From Callorhinchus milii (taxonomy: Eukaryota): a stretch of DNA of 64,000 bases. Both the position numbers and the translations under genes were made by a program. The stretch covers positions 8,122,001 through 8,186,000 of the forward strand of contig NW_024704765.1 in assembly GCF_018977255.1 (NCBI RefSeq), given 5' to 3'. Positions 23,021 through 36,197 of this stretch are shown here, piece after piece. The notes beneath the pieces are model-generated. The model saw only the letters and a program-made list of their open reading frames with translations. It was not told the DNA's origin and made no database searches. The number at the start of each line of letters is the position of its first letter. Within the stretch, counting starts at the first letter, position 1.

Positions 23021-24819
23021 CTGTCAAGTCCTGTCGGGCTCGTTCCTCTCCCGGGGGAACAAATGTCTTGTTGAAAAGCAGCCAGCGCCGTCAAATTTAG
23101 GATTGTTTTAACTTCTTAAATATTTTTAATTGATGTAAATTGCACGAGCTTTCACAGTTCCTACAGTTAAGTGGCCTAACTCGGGTAATTTATCTTAGTA
23201 TGCACCACAAAACAAACTGACACCTAAGGCAGTCCCCTGTGATCAGTCAGTGTTTGTGACGTTTCATTTAATTTGTACAATCCAAGGTGTTTCTCTACAA
23301 TTTTAAGACACCGCAAAGCTCTCTTACACATTTCAGCCCATTCCTTCCACCTGCACTTGGTTCTACTCAGTAAATGTCCTTTAAATGGTTCATTGAAAGT
23401 ATTGGGAGGCGAGAAACAAAATTTCTCTAGTTTTTGTTGAAACTTTACGTTTTATTTAAGATTTCAATGCAAGCATTTTTTCCACCTTAAATAGTTCCAC
23501 CTGCAGACTGACTTTAATTCTCGCCTGAGACTGAAAACAGTTCCACCTGCAGAATGAAGGGTGAAATAGTTTGCACTCTGACTCAAGACAGTTCCACCCT
23601 GAGCCTGGAAACAGTTCCACATGATGAGATGAGGCAGTTCCACATGGTGGCAGTCTGGGGAAGTTCCGACCGGCTCCACAAACCCAGAATTGCTGCGTGT
23701 TTCGTATCTAAGATGAGAAAATGAGGCCATGATTCAGGTTTGAACGATACTTTGAATTATATGAAACCTAAATTTGTTGGCAAACAACACTGTATCAATC
23801 AGAGGGGCTGGAATGCAATGCTGACGCCAGAAGAGGTGTCCAGTTGTCGAAACCATATGGAGTTAAAGCAATATATTACTTCAGAGCGGCCAGGTATAAT
23901 TTTATTCATCCATCGCCTAGTCTGGGTCGGTTTAGACACCCCTTCCCCCCTTCTCCCTACCCCTCCTCCAACCCCACCAATAGTGGCCGAGCTTTCAGCC
24001 ATTTCAACCACACTCTCTGGATCTCTCCCCAAATCGCTTTGCCTCAATCCCCGAAAACCTCTCTTTGATTCCTCCAAGACCAACCAATATCATGAACAGT
24101 ACAATTGTCCAACACAGTCTTAATTTGGAAGCCAGTTGTCCTTGCAGCATGCAAAAATCACAGTCACTACACCGCACGGTATATCCTGTGAAGCGCTTTG
24201 AGGCATCCTCCCAATGTGAGAGGCGCCATGACAAATGTAAAGATGATGATTATTATAAGCTCAAATTTTAAGACGAAAAGGTCTTGTGACCGAAAGCAAT
24301 CAGGAAACCCTGGGGCTCCCAAATAATCACCTTCTCTGTGTTATTATAGTCCCTTCTCTAGCCCAGTGGCAACGAGGCCAATGATTAGGTAGTCCTACAA
24401 ACATTGTCAAAGTCAGCACAGAGTGGACGAAAGTAACCTAGGTATGGATCTGGTTTTGAAAGGACACTCAATAGCTTCCAGAAAGCCCCCCCCCACCCCA
24501 CCACTTCCTCCCACCCACCCCCTCCACACCCCCGCCGGTGCACAGTGATCAGCAGTAAGAAAACATCTGACACACTCAGGCTCACTTATCATCCAGCAAA
24601 TTACCCAGAATAAACCCCTTGCTCAGCTTCCTGTGTGTACAAAGTCTCCGTTGAGTGACGTTTGCCAAATGTGGTCTAGACACTTAAAAAATGTCAAAAC
24701 GTTGTTCAGAGCTGGAGACTTTGTAGGGGGAGGGGTGGGGCGGGATTGGGGGCGGGGAAGAGGTGGGGACAGGGGAAAACATTCCCAAAATAAAGTTTGT
24801 AACTGTTCCGCGTCAGGCC

Positions 24820-25145
24820 TTTGACCTCACGGTCTCGGCTGACGCTCCAGTGCAGTACTGGGGGATGGGGGCAAAATTGTCAGGGTGTCATCCTTCGAAT
24901 GAAATGTTAAACTGGGCTCCCCGTCTGTGTGAGTTCAGGTGGACGTTAAAGATACTCTTGGAAAGGGGAAGGCAGTTTCTCTCTCCTGTTGTCCAGGTCA
25001 ACAGTCCCCCAGATAAAATCAATCATTCACCACACAGCTGTGTATGTGGAGTTGGCATTGCTGCAATACACAGTCACTGCACTTGGCAGTAATTGCTGTG
25101 AAACACTTTGAGACGTGGTAAGGCACTGTATCAAATCCAGAGGTT
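24820..25145 (+). mobile_element. Old Deu-domain SINE
   Basis: GGCTGACGCTCCAGTGCAGTACTG...TGTTAAAC...CAGGTGGACGTTAAAGAT, followed by the tail. Confidence 0.8.
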
Positions 25146-25817
25146 ACGTTAGAATAATCATCGTATAAACCTTCATTTTCAAGCAATAAATTACTGGGCA
25201 CGTTTACTGTGAAATTGACCGACAGGACCAGAACAAACCCATGTTAAATGCCAGTGAGTTTCTTGTCGGGGGGGTGGGGGTAAACATAGGGGGAGCGATT
25301 TTCTGTTCAACACCCTTTAACAATGGTACGGGCCTTATTTGTGGGGAGAGGGGCGGGATGAAGTGCAGCCTGCCGGCTCAGCAAAGAGCACTTCATACAA
25401 ACCAATAATGAAAGTAATCATTTATTCTCTGATATAAGGTCCTTTCTCTTGGCTGACGCTTGCAATTTATGGACGTCAAGCTTGGGTTTTTTTTCTTCCC
25501 TCAATATGGTTCCAATTTAGTTGGTGACCGCAGTGTGTGTGGAGAGTACCTCCGTGCGGAAATTTGGCAAACGTGAGCACCCTCATTTGTATCGAGTCTG
25601 TGACGTCTCCCCCCCCGCCCCCCCCCACCCCCCATCCCCCACACCACCCCCTCCTCTACCCCCTCACCCGAGCAGACAGACCTCACTTGCTCTTTTTAAA
25701 CTGACGCAAAGCTGATCCTAAGATTCCGTTACAAAAAAGCATTCAAGCCCAAGTTTTTCTTTCTTTCATATAAGCGCCGGTTCAAAAGTCAGAGGCCCAG
25801 AACTCCGCCTCACCTCA

Positions 25818-26010
25818 GCTTTAAGACTGTAAATTGTATTTTTTTCGAAAACTTTAAGGCGGTCCAGAATTGTGGAGGATTCTTCGATTCAAAATTCTTA
25901 ATTCAAAAGCCGCTTTTCTGAAAATCTTTAAAAGGAGTCAAGTTAGGAATTGAATTGAAGGTTGTTTTAAACCCACGAGACAGAATTCAAAAGTGAGGGC
26001 TAAGACAAGG
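25818..26010. repeat. Unclassified repeat, same family as 22809
   Basis: TTTAAGACT...TTTAAGGCGGTCCAGAATTGTGGA...GGCTAAGACAAGG. Confidence 0.55.
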
Positions 26011-26047
26011 CTCCTAATATCTATTGTAGAATCAGACATAATAATCC

Positions 26048-26369
26048 TAATAATAATAATAATCCTTGCATTTGATATAGCGCTTTTCACGTCGGGAGGA
26101 CGTCCCAAAGCGCTTCACAGAACACACTGTAAAGTGAATTGACTGTATATTTGTGGGCGAACGCGGCAGCCAATTGCGCACAGCAATGTCCCACAAACAG
26201 TCGTAGATTGAAAATGACCAATTTAATTATTGTTTTAGTTTTGGAGGGATTATTATTAGGCTCTGTGTGGAGTAAGGAAACTTGCCCAAGGTTTCACCCT
26301 CTGCCTGGAATTGAACTCAGGTCTCTCACTTGCAAAGCGAGTGCTCTAACCACTGAGCTACAGGTCTCC
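26048..26369 (-). mobile_element. Full-length tRNA-Ala-derived SINE, variant A
   Basis: Reverse-complement match to 60280-60606 over its whole length. Confidence 0.93.
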
Positions 26370-27634
26370 ACATAAGTTTACAGCACAAAAAGAAGCCATT
26401 CAACTCAATGTTGGGCTGTGCCAGATTCCCCCCCGACACTGAAGTTGTCTGCTCTAAACCGATTTGTCTGCTCTTCGCTCCGTCCACTTCAGAACTAACC
26501 AGAGACCCCTCTTCAACAGAGTGAGAGGTTGGCACAGGAATACACTCAACAGAATCTTACAGCTAATTAGGATCCACGAAGAGTGAGTTGGTGAGGAGCA
26601 AGAGTGAAGAGCGAGCGGAAGGAGTGAGGACAAGAAAGAGTAAGGGCACCCTGCTCTAAAGCAAAGCCTTCTCTGCCTCCTCCCTCTATCTCACTCACAA
26701 AAGAAGCCTTGCAAGTCCCAACGGAACAACAGAACCTTGTGGTTTTGTCGTGGCTTAGGAGGATGGTGGAGGGCTGGTCGGGGATGTGTGTAGCTGTCGT
26801 CAGCATTGAATCTTCTTTGCTAATTGACTGCTGAGGGTCAGGCTCTGCACAGCACCTGGGTCTGCTCTGTTAGGAGTCATTGATAAGTCAACGCTCACTT
26901 GCCTTTCCTCGCCACCAGCGCTTCCCTGACAGAAACCTGCTCACCTACAGAACGACGTTCTACATTAATCGCTCAAGTGTTATTAATTACCAGATTGTCG
27001 CACCCCCCACCCCCTACCCCCCCGATTTGTGACTACTATTAATTCAGGTGGACACAAAGCATGCCATCGCTATTCCAAAGAAACATGGCCTTTGTCTCCC
27101 GGTTTGTGTTCCCCCTTCCGCTCGAAGTTTTACTCTGTGTCTAAGCTGTGTTGTACCAGGGAGGTCTATTGGGCTTCTCACCCATGCTGTAGGTGACCTG
27201 TTGGAGCTTTATTCCCAACATAACCCGTGTTGTACCTAATAATAACAATCCGTGCATTTGGCACAACTCCCATGTTGTCGAGACTTCTCAAAGCGCTTCG
27301 CAGGATAAATGTAAAGTGGTGTGACTGTGCGTATTTTGTGAGCGAGCATGTCAGCTGCGCACAGTGGCATCCCACAAACAGCCATGGAGTGAGCGACTGA
27401 GTTAATTTGGGGGACTGCGGGATACCTGACCTGGGAATGTTGGACAGTGCTGCTCACAGTATAATACATGAAAGCGTCTGAGTTCCACACATGCACCTTC
27501 CAGCAGGGGTCAGTTTGTTGGTGCCCTATCATAGGGTTTCCTGAATTTTTAATGGCAATAAATGCTGCATTTTCTTTATAAGGGAACTCATTTCAAAGAG
27601 AATTGGACAAATAATCGAGGGTAAATGATCTTAA

Positions 27635-27830
27635 ATGTTTGGGGAAAGAGCTAGGGAATGGGATTAGAGAGCTCCAATGGGATAGCGAACACCGGCACCG
27701 ACACGATTGGGGAAAGAGCAGGGGGATGAGGATTAGAGAAGAGAGCTCCAGTGAGGGATAGAGCTCCAGCACAGATACAATGGGCCAAATGGCCATCTGT
27801 GCTGTAAACTCCCTGTGATTCTGTGACTGT
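27635..27830 (+). mobile_element. CR1-type LINE 3' end with an internally duplicated 3'UTR unit
   Basis: GGGGAAAGAGC..GGGATTAGAG..AGCTCCA occurs twice, followed by ATGGGCCAAATGGCC..TGTGCTGTAA and a TGTGATTC-type tail. Confidence 0.65.
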
Positions 27831-28947
27831 AACTTTGCATTGTTCCGGATGGCAGCTGATCAAAGCAGGGGTCTGAGTTTACAACGCATTCATACATTTT
27901 AGGTGCCAAAATATATTTAAAGATCTCCAAGTGTGTACAACTAAAGCAGACTTCCTCTTACTGAGAGCTGCAGTTAGTACTCAAGAGTGTTTGCCGTGGA
28001 GACAAGTTGTCAGCTTGGCTCAGTGAGTCGAACTCTTGCCTCTGGGTCAGAAGGCTGTGGGTTCGAGACCCCACATCCTAATACTGACACTTGAATGTGA
28101 TATTGGGGAAAGCGCTGCATTGTTTGAGGTACTGGAGATAATCATAATAATAATAATCCTTCAAAAAGGCACTATATCAAATGCACGGATTATTATTATT
28201 ATCATTATATTACTGTCCGCTATGTGAGACAATGTTAAAAGATCCCTTGACACTATTGGAAAAGGGATAGTGGTTCTTCCCCCATGTCCTGACCAACATT
28301 TCACCAGATAAATTGGCCATTCGCTGTATGGCTGATTGTGGAACTTTGTCTTGTGCAAAATCAATGCCAAGTTTGCTGGAAACACGAGCACCAGGCCTGC
28401 GATTCAGGTTTAAGAGGCTCTGATGTTTACAGACACTTTAACAAGCTTGAGGGATCTTTAACAACCACCTGAATGGACGGACACAACCTCAAGTTAATGT
28501 CTCATCCAAAGAACATCACCGCTGGCGATACAGCACTCCTTCCCTCACCCCCAATACTTTGATGGAGTCTTGTTACTGGAGCAACGAATCTACAACCTTC
28601 TGACCCAGAGATGAGAGCCCTACCATCTCTAAGATAAGCTGTAAAGTTTTCTTCACAGTCAAGATGAACAGAAGATTTAAGTGCCTGAGAAAATTCTGAT
28701 ATTGACCAACCTCCACCGAGCTTGGCAGTTACCTGTGGTTAAGGTGAGGAACTATGTTGACAGAAGTGGTAGTTTGAGAATAACCTGGAAGGGGCCAGGC
28801 TGGTTAGTGGGCGCAGTTAGTGTTTCTCTAAACTAGGCCTGGTTGCAGACACTGGTGTGAGTGCCACTCAGCTCTGAAGGTGGACAACTTTTGTACAAGG
28901 GAAACATTACCAGTTTTACTGTCCAACGTAGATCCCATTGGGGATCC

Positions 28948-29056
28948 CCCACAAAATAAACTGTCAATTTACTTTACCATATATTCTGTGAAGCGCTTTG
29001 AGACGTCTCGAAGACGTGACAAGGTGTTACATCAAATGCAAGGATTATTATTATTG
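28948..29056 (+). mobile_element. SINE 3' tail-only copy
   Basis: TGTGAAGCGCTTTGAGACGTCTCGAAGACGTGA...ATCAAATGCAAGGATTATT. Confidence 0.85.
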
Positions 29057-29334
29057 TAGGAGCAGAGGCTCCTGTTTGCATACTTTGGGATCTTCCCAAG
29101 GTGTTAGAATCATTCAGCTGGTAACCCGTTTGCCTCTGAGCTAGAAGGTTGTGGGTTCAATCCCCTGTTTTGGGACTTTGTAATCTTGTTGTTGTTGTTG
29201 TTTGAGGTCACAGTGCAGGCGGACGTTCCACCTTAAAGCAGTCACTACACTTGCTGCGACACCGCAAAGTGCTTTGAGATGTTCTGGGTTTACTAAAAAT
29301 GCAATTTCTTTCTTCTTCGCCTTCTTCGTATTAT

Positions 29335-29676
29335 CCCTTTACGCCCTAGAACCTCCATATCTCTCTGATCTCCTGCCCCACTCCTCCGCTTGTCTAACTC
29401 GGATCTGCTATGCATCCCGCCCACCCCTCCTCCCCAATCACCACTGACTCCACACCATCATCTGTGGCTCAGCCCACCTCCCCTCTGGAACTCCATGCCT
29501 ATCCCTCTCCATGCCCACCCCTCCCCCCCCAACCCATCACTCTTCAAAACTCACTTTAAAACCTACCTCTTCGACCACGGGTTTGGTTAACTCTCCCCTT
29601 CTCCATCACTCCGTGTCTGACCCGTCAACTCACTGCGAAGCTCTCCGGGATGTTATCCTATGTGAAGGGAGGAGGT
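29335..29676 (+). mobile_element. L2-clade LINE ORF2 C-terminus and 3'UTR remnant
   Basis: The translation PPYLSDLL...PLWNSMP...SLFKTHFKTYLFDHGF is the typical L2 ORF2 C-terminal motif, followed by a tail-like gaagctctccgggatgtt...gtgaaggg. Confidence 0.8.
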
Positions 29677-31829
29677 GGGGGTGGGTGTGTGAATGCAAAA
29701 GGGTTTTGGCAAGTTAAGAAAAAGTGCAAATGAGTTCTCGTAGTTTCTCAAGTCGCCAGCACGGCCTGCGCAGGATAGCATTGCCACAGTGCACGTCCAC
29801 AGCGACAGACCTGGTGAACAGGACATGAAACAGCAAGACAATTAACCCCAGAGTTGAGAGGCCAGGATCTCAACAATGTAAGGCTGGCTCTCTCGCCCCC
29901 TTCTCCTCTCCTCACTCCTTCCCATTACCCTGCGCCCACCTCATGAATTCTTTATAGAATTAATCAGCGGCAGGTGTAGAGGTCCATTATCAAACCCGCT
30001 CCTGAAATGCAAGATCTGTCAATTTCTAGGTCAGGGAGCGTGCCGGGGCTTTTTTTCTTTTGCGCAAATTAAAAATAATTTTATTTTAATAACTTTTATT
30101 TTCTTTCCCGAAGAGAAGAAAAGGGCCGGCCTATGAACTCTGCTTTTGCGGTCATTACAAAATTCCAGATCCTTCCCTACGCAAAGTGAAGCCAAGGGCA
30201 AAAACAGGAAATAAAAAGCAGAAACACAAGGTGTCTTGGTATTGTCTGAGAATAGATATTCTCACTAGTTCCACAGCCAGGGAGGAAGTTTGTCTCTGCT
30301 ACCTTTATCCTGTAGAAGTGTTTTTTTTACACTAATCTAACTTTCTGTCATTCCCACTCTTAATAGTACCAATATCGTAAATAATAATTTCATCCACAAC
30401 ATACACAGCCTTTGCAATATATTTTGTGAAGCGCTTTGAGATGACCTTTATGAGGCGCTGTATCAAATGCAAGGATTATTATTATTATTATTATTATCAT
30501 AATTGCATTTAGCACCGCGCCTGTTAAAGTCAAAAATGTCCCGTGGATAGGGTTCTACGGATAACTGCCGCGTGGTGCAGTAACTGGGAATTTGTAGCTC
30601 ATTTTAGCACATGGTAGCAAGATCCACAACCAACTTAGGGATATCCAGAGGATTGTCAGCCAGGACCACAGGCAGAAACTCCCCACTCTTTTCCAATGGT
30701 GTCCAATGGAATCTCCAACGTCCGCCTCAACGTGCTGGTAGGACATTGGGTTTTAGTGGCCTGTTCGGAGTTTAGCACTTCCGACAATGCAACACCCTCC
30801 CCGCGCCCCAGCTCTGCACTGGAACATCAGCCGAGACGGTCAAGGTCATGGGTGACCCTTGCGTACGCACAATGCCAAGCAAAGAGGTCCGCATGGCCAA
30901 TCAGGTGAGCCCCAGCCACCCTGAGGGAAGGCCACAGGAGGCAGGCTTTGATCGTCAAGCTGAAGCAGCGATGGTGCAGCAATGGGAGTGAGTGACGCTC
31001 TCTTTATAAATGCTTTCTCCTGACTGTTTTATGATACCTCGGCTTTTTGAGGGCTCACGCTCATGAGGTTCTGCAACAGTACTCGTGGCAGACACCGATA
31101 CTTCCTTCGCGGCGACTCTTTAGGGGCTCAGCTCAGCACCTGCAGGAGCTCAGAGTGGAAATGCCCTCAAACAGTGCAGCTTTATTGAGAAACAATAATC
31201 TAGTTTAACATGGAAACAGACCGTTTGTCCCAACCAGTCCTTGCTGGTATTTATACTCTACACAGGCCTCCACGTTTCCTAATATAGGCTTTATATTTTA
31301 TACATGTGTACCTGGATTCCATTTACAAAATATGGTCACCCTGCATGATGCCCTAATAGTTGCTGGCTTGTGCCTGGGAAGGAGGTCACACAGGTGTTGG
31401 ACATCTCGTTCAGGGCCATTCCTCCTGCGTGAGACTGAATGTTAGAGATAGAGAAACTTAATATTAGAGAGGGAGAGAGAGAGGGAGAGAGAGGGGCGGT
31501 GGGGGTGGAGGTGGGAGAGAAAGAAAATATGCGCAGAAAGAGTCAGAGAGATGCAAGGGGAGAAAGAGTGACGCAGAGAGTAAAGGATACATATCGATGG
31601 AGAGAGAGTTACACACATACACATAACACCCCTGCAGTGGGGGTCAGTGGACAGCGACTGGGAGTGGGGGGGGTGCCTGGACAGATCTCCCCCAACGCCC
31701 CACACCCCCCGCCCCCACCCGCCCGCCAACACAGAGGTCGCTCGCTGAGGCCAATTGCAGAGAGCCAGTGGCTAAGAGCAGCGAAGTCAGCAGAGTCCAG
31801 AAAGTGGGGGAAACAAACCTTCCCTTGAA

Positions 31830-32220
31830 TCCCTATTGTAATGTCTTCATTTCCCGGATGGATGGGATTAAAGTGAAGGAGCAAACATTTTCGCACGAGC
31901 AGCGCTCTTAATCAGTGAGAAATGGCAGCCAAAGTACATTTGACGTTATGCAGCTCATTCATCAGTGCTTAGAGAAAAGCACAGGGAGCTCGGCAGGACC
32001 CCGGGACCAGTGGTTGTTGATGTGGACTTTATTTTTTTGCCTCGGTTGTTGGAGAAAATATGAACTGCATCTTAATGGCTCAGTTACACCCCATCAGCAA
32101 ATCCAAATGGGCAGTGATTGATGAGCAACTCAAGCGGGAAAAGGGCTGTGTATAAAACCTGTTTTTTCAATCTCGTTGTAAGTCTGCACTAATTAAGCTG
32201 TTAGCGCGGATCGAAGCTCT
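31830..32220. promoter_or_regulatory. Candidate intronic Pbx-Hox enhancer
   Basis: Unique sequence with two TGATNNATKR matches (31955-31964 on -, 32115-32124 on +) plus several TAAT cores. Confidence 0.45.
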
Positions 32221-33123
32221 CATTCCCAGTCTTCTTCCCACTGTGGGTTTTATTTTTCTCTCTCTCTCTTTCCGGAAAACCGGAAATTTACAGTACTGAT
32301 AATTCCTCTATTGCATTTGACGTCATAATGTCTCAAGTATTCTTTTAATGGCCAAATATTATTATAACAATATTAATCCTTTGCATTTGGTGCAGCATTC
32401 TTATCACCTTGTCGAGACGTCTCAAAGCGCTTCACAGATTTACTGCGAAGTGCAGTAACCGTGTATTTGTGGGTGAGTGTGGCAGGCAATTTGCATGCAG
32501 CAATCTCCCACAAACAGCCATGAAGTGAGTGACCAATTTTATTTGTTGTTGGCCAAGACACCCGATGTGAAAGGCTCTATACCAAATGCAAGACTTATTA
32601 TTATTAATATTAAAATTATTATTAATATAAGAGCTGAAGTGGGAAGCAGGGAGGGTGGACGTTCGGAGGGGGAATGAAGGTCCTCCGTTACCAAAAATAA
32701 ATGCTTCTGATTGTTTCAAGAAAAATAAATACTGAGAAAAACAAAATAAGGGAAGCGTTTGGAGGTGATCTGTGGTTAGGCTGCTTCTCTGATTGTTCCT
32801 CTTCGAAGAAGGTCTCTGCCCGAGAGGGGACAGAACCCGCAGCAATCAGGGAACTTCTCCTCCTTTGCCACCCTCCTTCCTCTTTCTCTCCCCCACCCAC
32901 CAGGTTCTCTTTATTCCATCTCTCTGATCTCAAACCTGGAGAGGGGCTTTTTCCCCAGGTCTGAGCTGAGATCTTCAGGCGGTGCGAGACTGTGTTGGAG
33001 GAGTCTCCACTGTTCGCCATCAGTTCACTCTGGACTAGCGTTGGAGTTTGACCCTGGAAAGGTAAGCTTCAGATACTGTCTGCTGTAGAAGTAAAGCTTT
33101 ACTCTTTGACTGTCACAGAGGCT

Positions 33124-33309
33124 GAAATTCAAATTCAACCTCGTCTTAGCCGGGTAAGCTATTTTGTCTCAAAGCGCCACAAGGCACAGAATTCTTTAAC
33201 TTTCTTCAACCCAGTCTTCATTCACAAGTCGGTTTCTATTCAAGACCCGCAATAAACCGGCTTCCAAGTTAAGATTGGATTCAAGAATTTTCCAAAGTTC
33301 TGAAATTTA
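33124..33309. repeat. Unclassified repeat, same family as 21291/22809
   Basis: ACCTCGTCTTAGCC...AAACCGGCTTCCA...GAATTTTCCAAAGTTCTG. Confidence 0.6.
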
Positions 33310-35297
33310 TAATAAAAAATAAGAAACTTCGCGTTTGATATTGTACCTTATCACAGGATTTTCACCAGGAAGCGTAGTGACTGTGTTTTGTTGGCGAATT
33401 TCAAGAGGGAATGGTTCGAAAGACGAGAATAGGTTGAATTTCAGGTCTCGGAAACCTTCTGGGCTTCTTACAACTGTGAATGATTTGAGATGTATGTGTG
33501 TTTGTTTGTGTGGGTGGGTGGGTGAGTGGGGTGCTGTGGGTGGTGGGGGGGAGTTGGAGGAGAGTTGGGAGGTGTGGATGGGAAATGATTTGAAATTAAT
33601 TCTGCATTTGTGTGTTGTTTAGTACAATAGTAAGTGTTCCTGGAGTTAAAGTTACACAGTTGGGTTAGAATGATGCAGTTCGATAGCACAGTTACATTGG
33701 GTGTCCAAGGTTTGCCTGTACCATCTATAAGAAGTCCTTTGTAGTATGAACAGGGCACGCCATGTGTCCCAGTCCCAGTCGCCTGGGAACGTGGGTGGTT
33801 ATAGACTGTGGAATTGCCTACACCCTCCCTTCCCCCAACTAAAATTCAGCCGCCCACCACCACACATTCCCCTTGGGAAATTCAAGATACTACTTCCAAG
33901 GACATGTGTTGATTTTTCTTCTCTCTCTCTTACCCCCGTTTCCATCCTCGTGATTAATGGAGGGGCTGTGCGGGTCGGCGGGTGGGCAGCTAAGTGGAAG
34001 TGTCCCCCCAACTGTGGGGCAGTGCGGTGCCCTCTGGTGTCTCGGACAATATAGTGCTCTTTCCAGGACTGTGTAGGGAACGTCAGTCCGGACTGTGAGC
34101 TCAAAGTCCCAGTGTGGGGCTTGAATTCCCCCCCAGCATTGGAGTACACAGGAGACTAGGACTAACAGAGCGGCAGAAGACATGTTCAAGTTTTCACTAT
34201 TTACTCTACTGCCTTAGAAATAAAAACTTTACAGTATATCCAGTGAAGTGCTTTGAGACGTCTCGAAGACGTGATAAGGCGCGACGTCAAATGCAAGGAT
34301 TTTATGGCAATATTTTTTAAAAGCCAGTCATTCACTTCACGGACATTTGTGGGGAACTTCGCTGTGCACAAAACAGCTGCGGCGACCGCCTACAAAGCAC
34401 ACAGTCACTACGCTTTACAGAGAAACTCTGCGAAGGGCCTTGCGATGTTCCGACTTGATAAGGCGTTGTCCCAAAGGTAAAGATTGTTCTTATCAAGTCA
34501 AATACCATCTTAACCCTGGATGTTGCAGCCTAAACTCTGGTACGGTCAGAATCATTGATACTTTGATGACTGGCGAAAGGAATTTGAATACTAAGCGTAG
34601 AACGTTCCACAGCAGAACCAAGTGCAGACCAGAGACTGGAGTCATTTCTCCGTTCGCCCACACACCCCCACCCCCCCACTCCCACCCCCACACCCCTGAC
34701 CGGCACCATCAATAACCTATTAACCTCGCACACAAGTTTGAATCAGCTCGATGAGAGAATGAGAGAGACCTTCTCACAGAGGAACGTTTTCAGAAACATG
34801 ACAGTTAATAAATGTTTCGCAAAGCTCCCCCCCCAAAAAAAAAAAATACACACAACCAGAGGTTTTATTTCCGAGTTCCCTGGCCTTTTCAAACCTGTGC
34901 GGCTGACAGTACAGCAGCTCTTAATAAAAATTCAGCTGCAGCTGTCTGCGTTGTCACATGAAATAATGTGCAATTTATCATTGCCTCAGCCCTCTGTGCC
35001 TCGCAACTGGCTTTGATTCCTGCCTTACGGCCAGGACCACAACACAGCAAACCCATTACACTTTTGCTCCCTTCTTTCAGACCTTGAGCACACTTTGCTT
35101 GCCCCCTGCACCTCCCAACCCCCCACCCCCACTCACCCACGCCACACCTCCATTTAATGATGGCAATATGAACTTCAAATGACAACACAACCCGACTTTT
35201 GCGAAACTGCTCTTTAATTGTCCCCCATCCTCCCAGTTTTGCCAGATTGTCTCCTTCGTGATTCACGTTCTTCCCCCACCCCCGTTTATTCAGCCTT

Positions 35298-35609
35298 ATA
35301 ATAGTAATAATCCTTGCATTTGATATAGCGCTTTTCTCGTCTTCTAGACATCCCAAAGCGCTTCACAGAACACACTGTAAAGTGAATTGACTGTATATTT
35401 GTGGACGAACGCGGCAGCCAATTGCGCACAGCAATGTCCCACAAACAGTCGTAGATTGAAAATGACCAATTTATTATTGTTTTGGGTTTTGGAGGGATTA
35501 TTATGTGTGGAATAAGGAAACTTGCCCAAGGTTTCGCCCTCTGCCGGGAATTGAACTCAGGTCTCTCGCTTGCAAAGTGAGTGCTCTAACCACTGAGCTA
35601 CAGGACTCC
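35298..35609 (-). mobile_element. Full-length tRNA-Ala-derived SINE, variant A
   Basis: Head (GGAGTCCTGTAGCTCAGTGG on -) through the (TTA)n tail. It is flanked by further tail fragments at about 35630-35752 (+) and 35765-35810 (-). Confidence 0.92.
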
Positions 35610-36197
35610 ACGAATATTAGTAATAATATTGGATGCCGCGTTTCACCCACTAAATATGTAGTCAATTCACGTTACACTATATTCTATGAAGCTCTTTGAG
35701 ACGTCTCGAAAACGCGATAAGGCGCTACATCAAAATACAAGGATTATTATTGTACTAAACGCCATTGAGACGTCTCAAAGCGCTTCGCAGAATGTATTGT
35801 AAAGTGGAGTCTTGAAGCATCATCGTATATGGTATCTTCCACCTAAAAAGAACGGGAGAGTGGGCACTTTAGGTGTCATCAGATGCAGAACATTCGGACT
35901 GGAGCTCAGAGTGGGAACAGCAAAGGGGACAGTTCACATCAGACGACTTTCCACACAGAGGGTCAGTGTGTGGAGGGGAGCAGCCAGGAAGGGGTTGAAG
36001 GCAGATTGTGCCTGCGAATTCAAGAGGGGATTAGCCAGCAATTTGACAGAGCATTCAATTACACGGAGGGATACGAGTGATAGAATAGCGTAGGATTATT
36101 ATATTACTTTAATATTTCTTTTAAGACTCTGGATGCGATGATCTGCCCGCTCCTGTGCGTTGTTACGTTCCTATTGTGGTTTGTTCAAAGATAATAA

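Noticed and set aside
23493-23668. CRISPR-like repeat-spacer pattern
   Set aside because: The repeat is only 8-9 nt, the spacers are irregular, the context is a vertebrate intron, and there are no cas genes.
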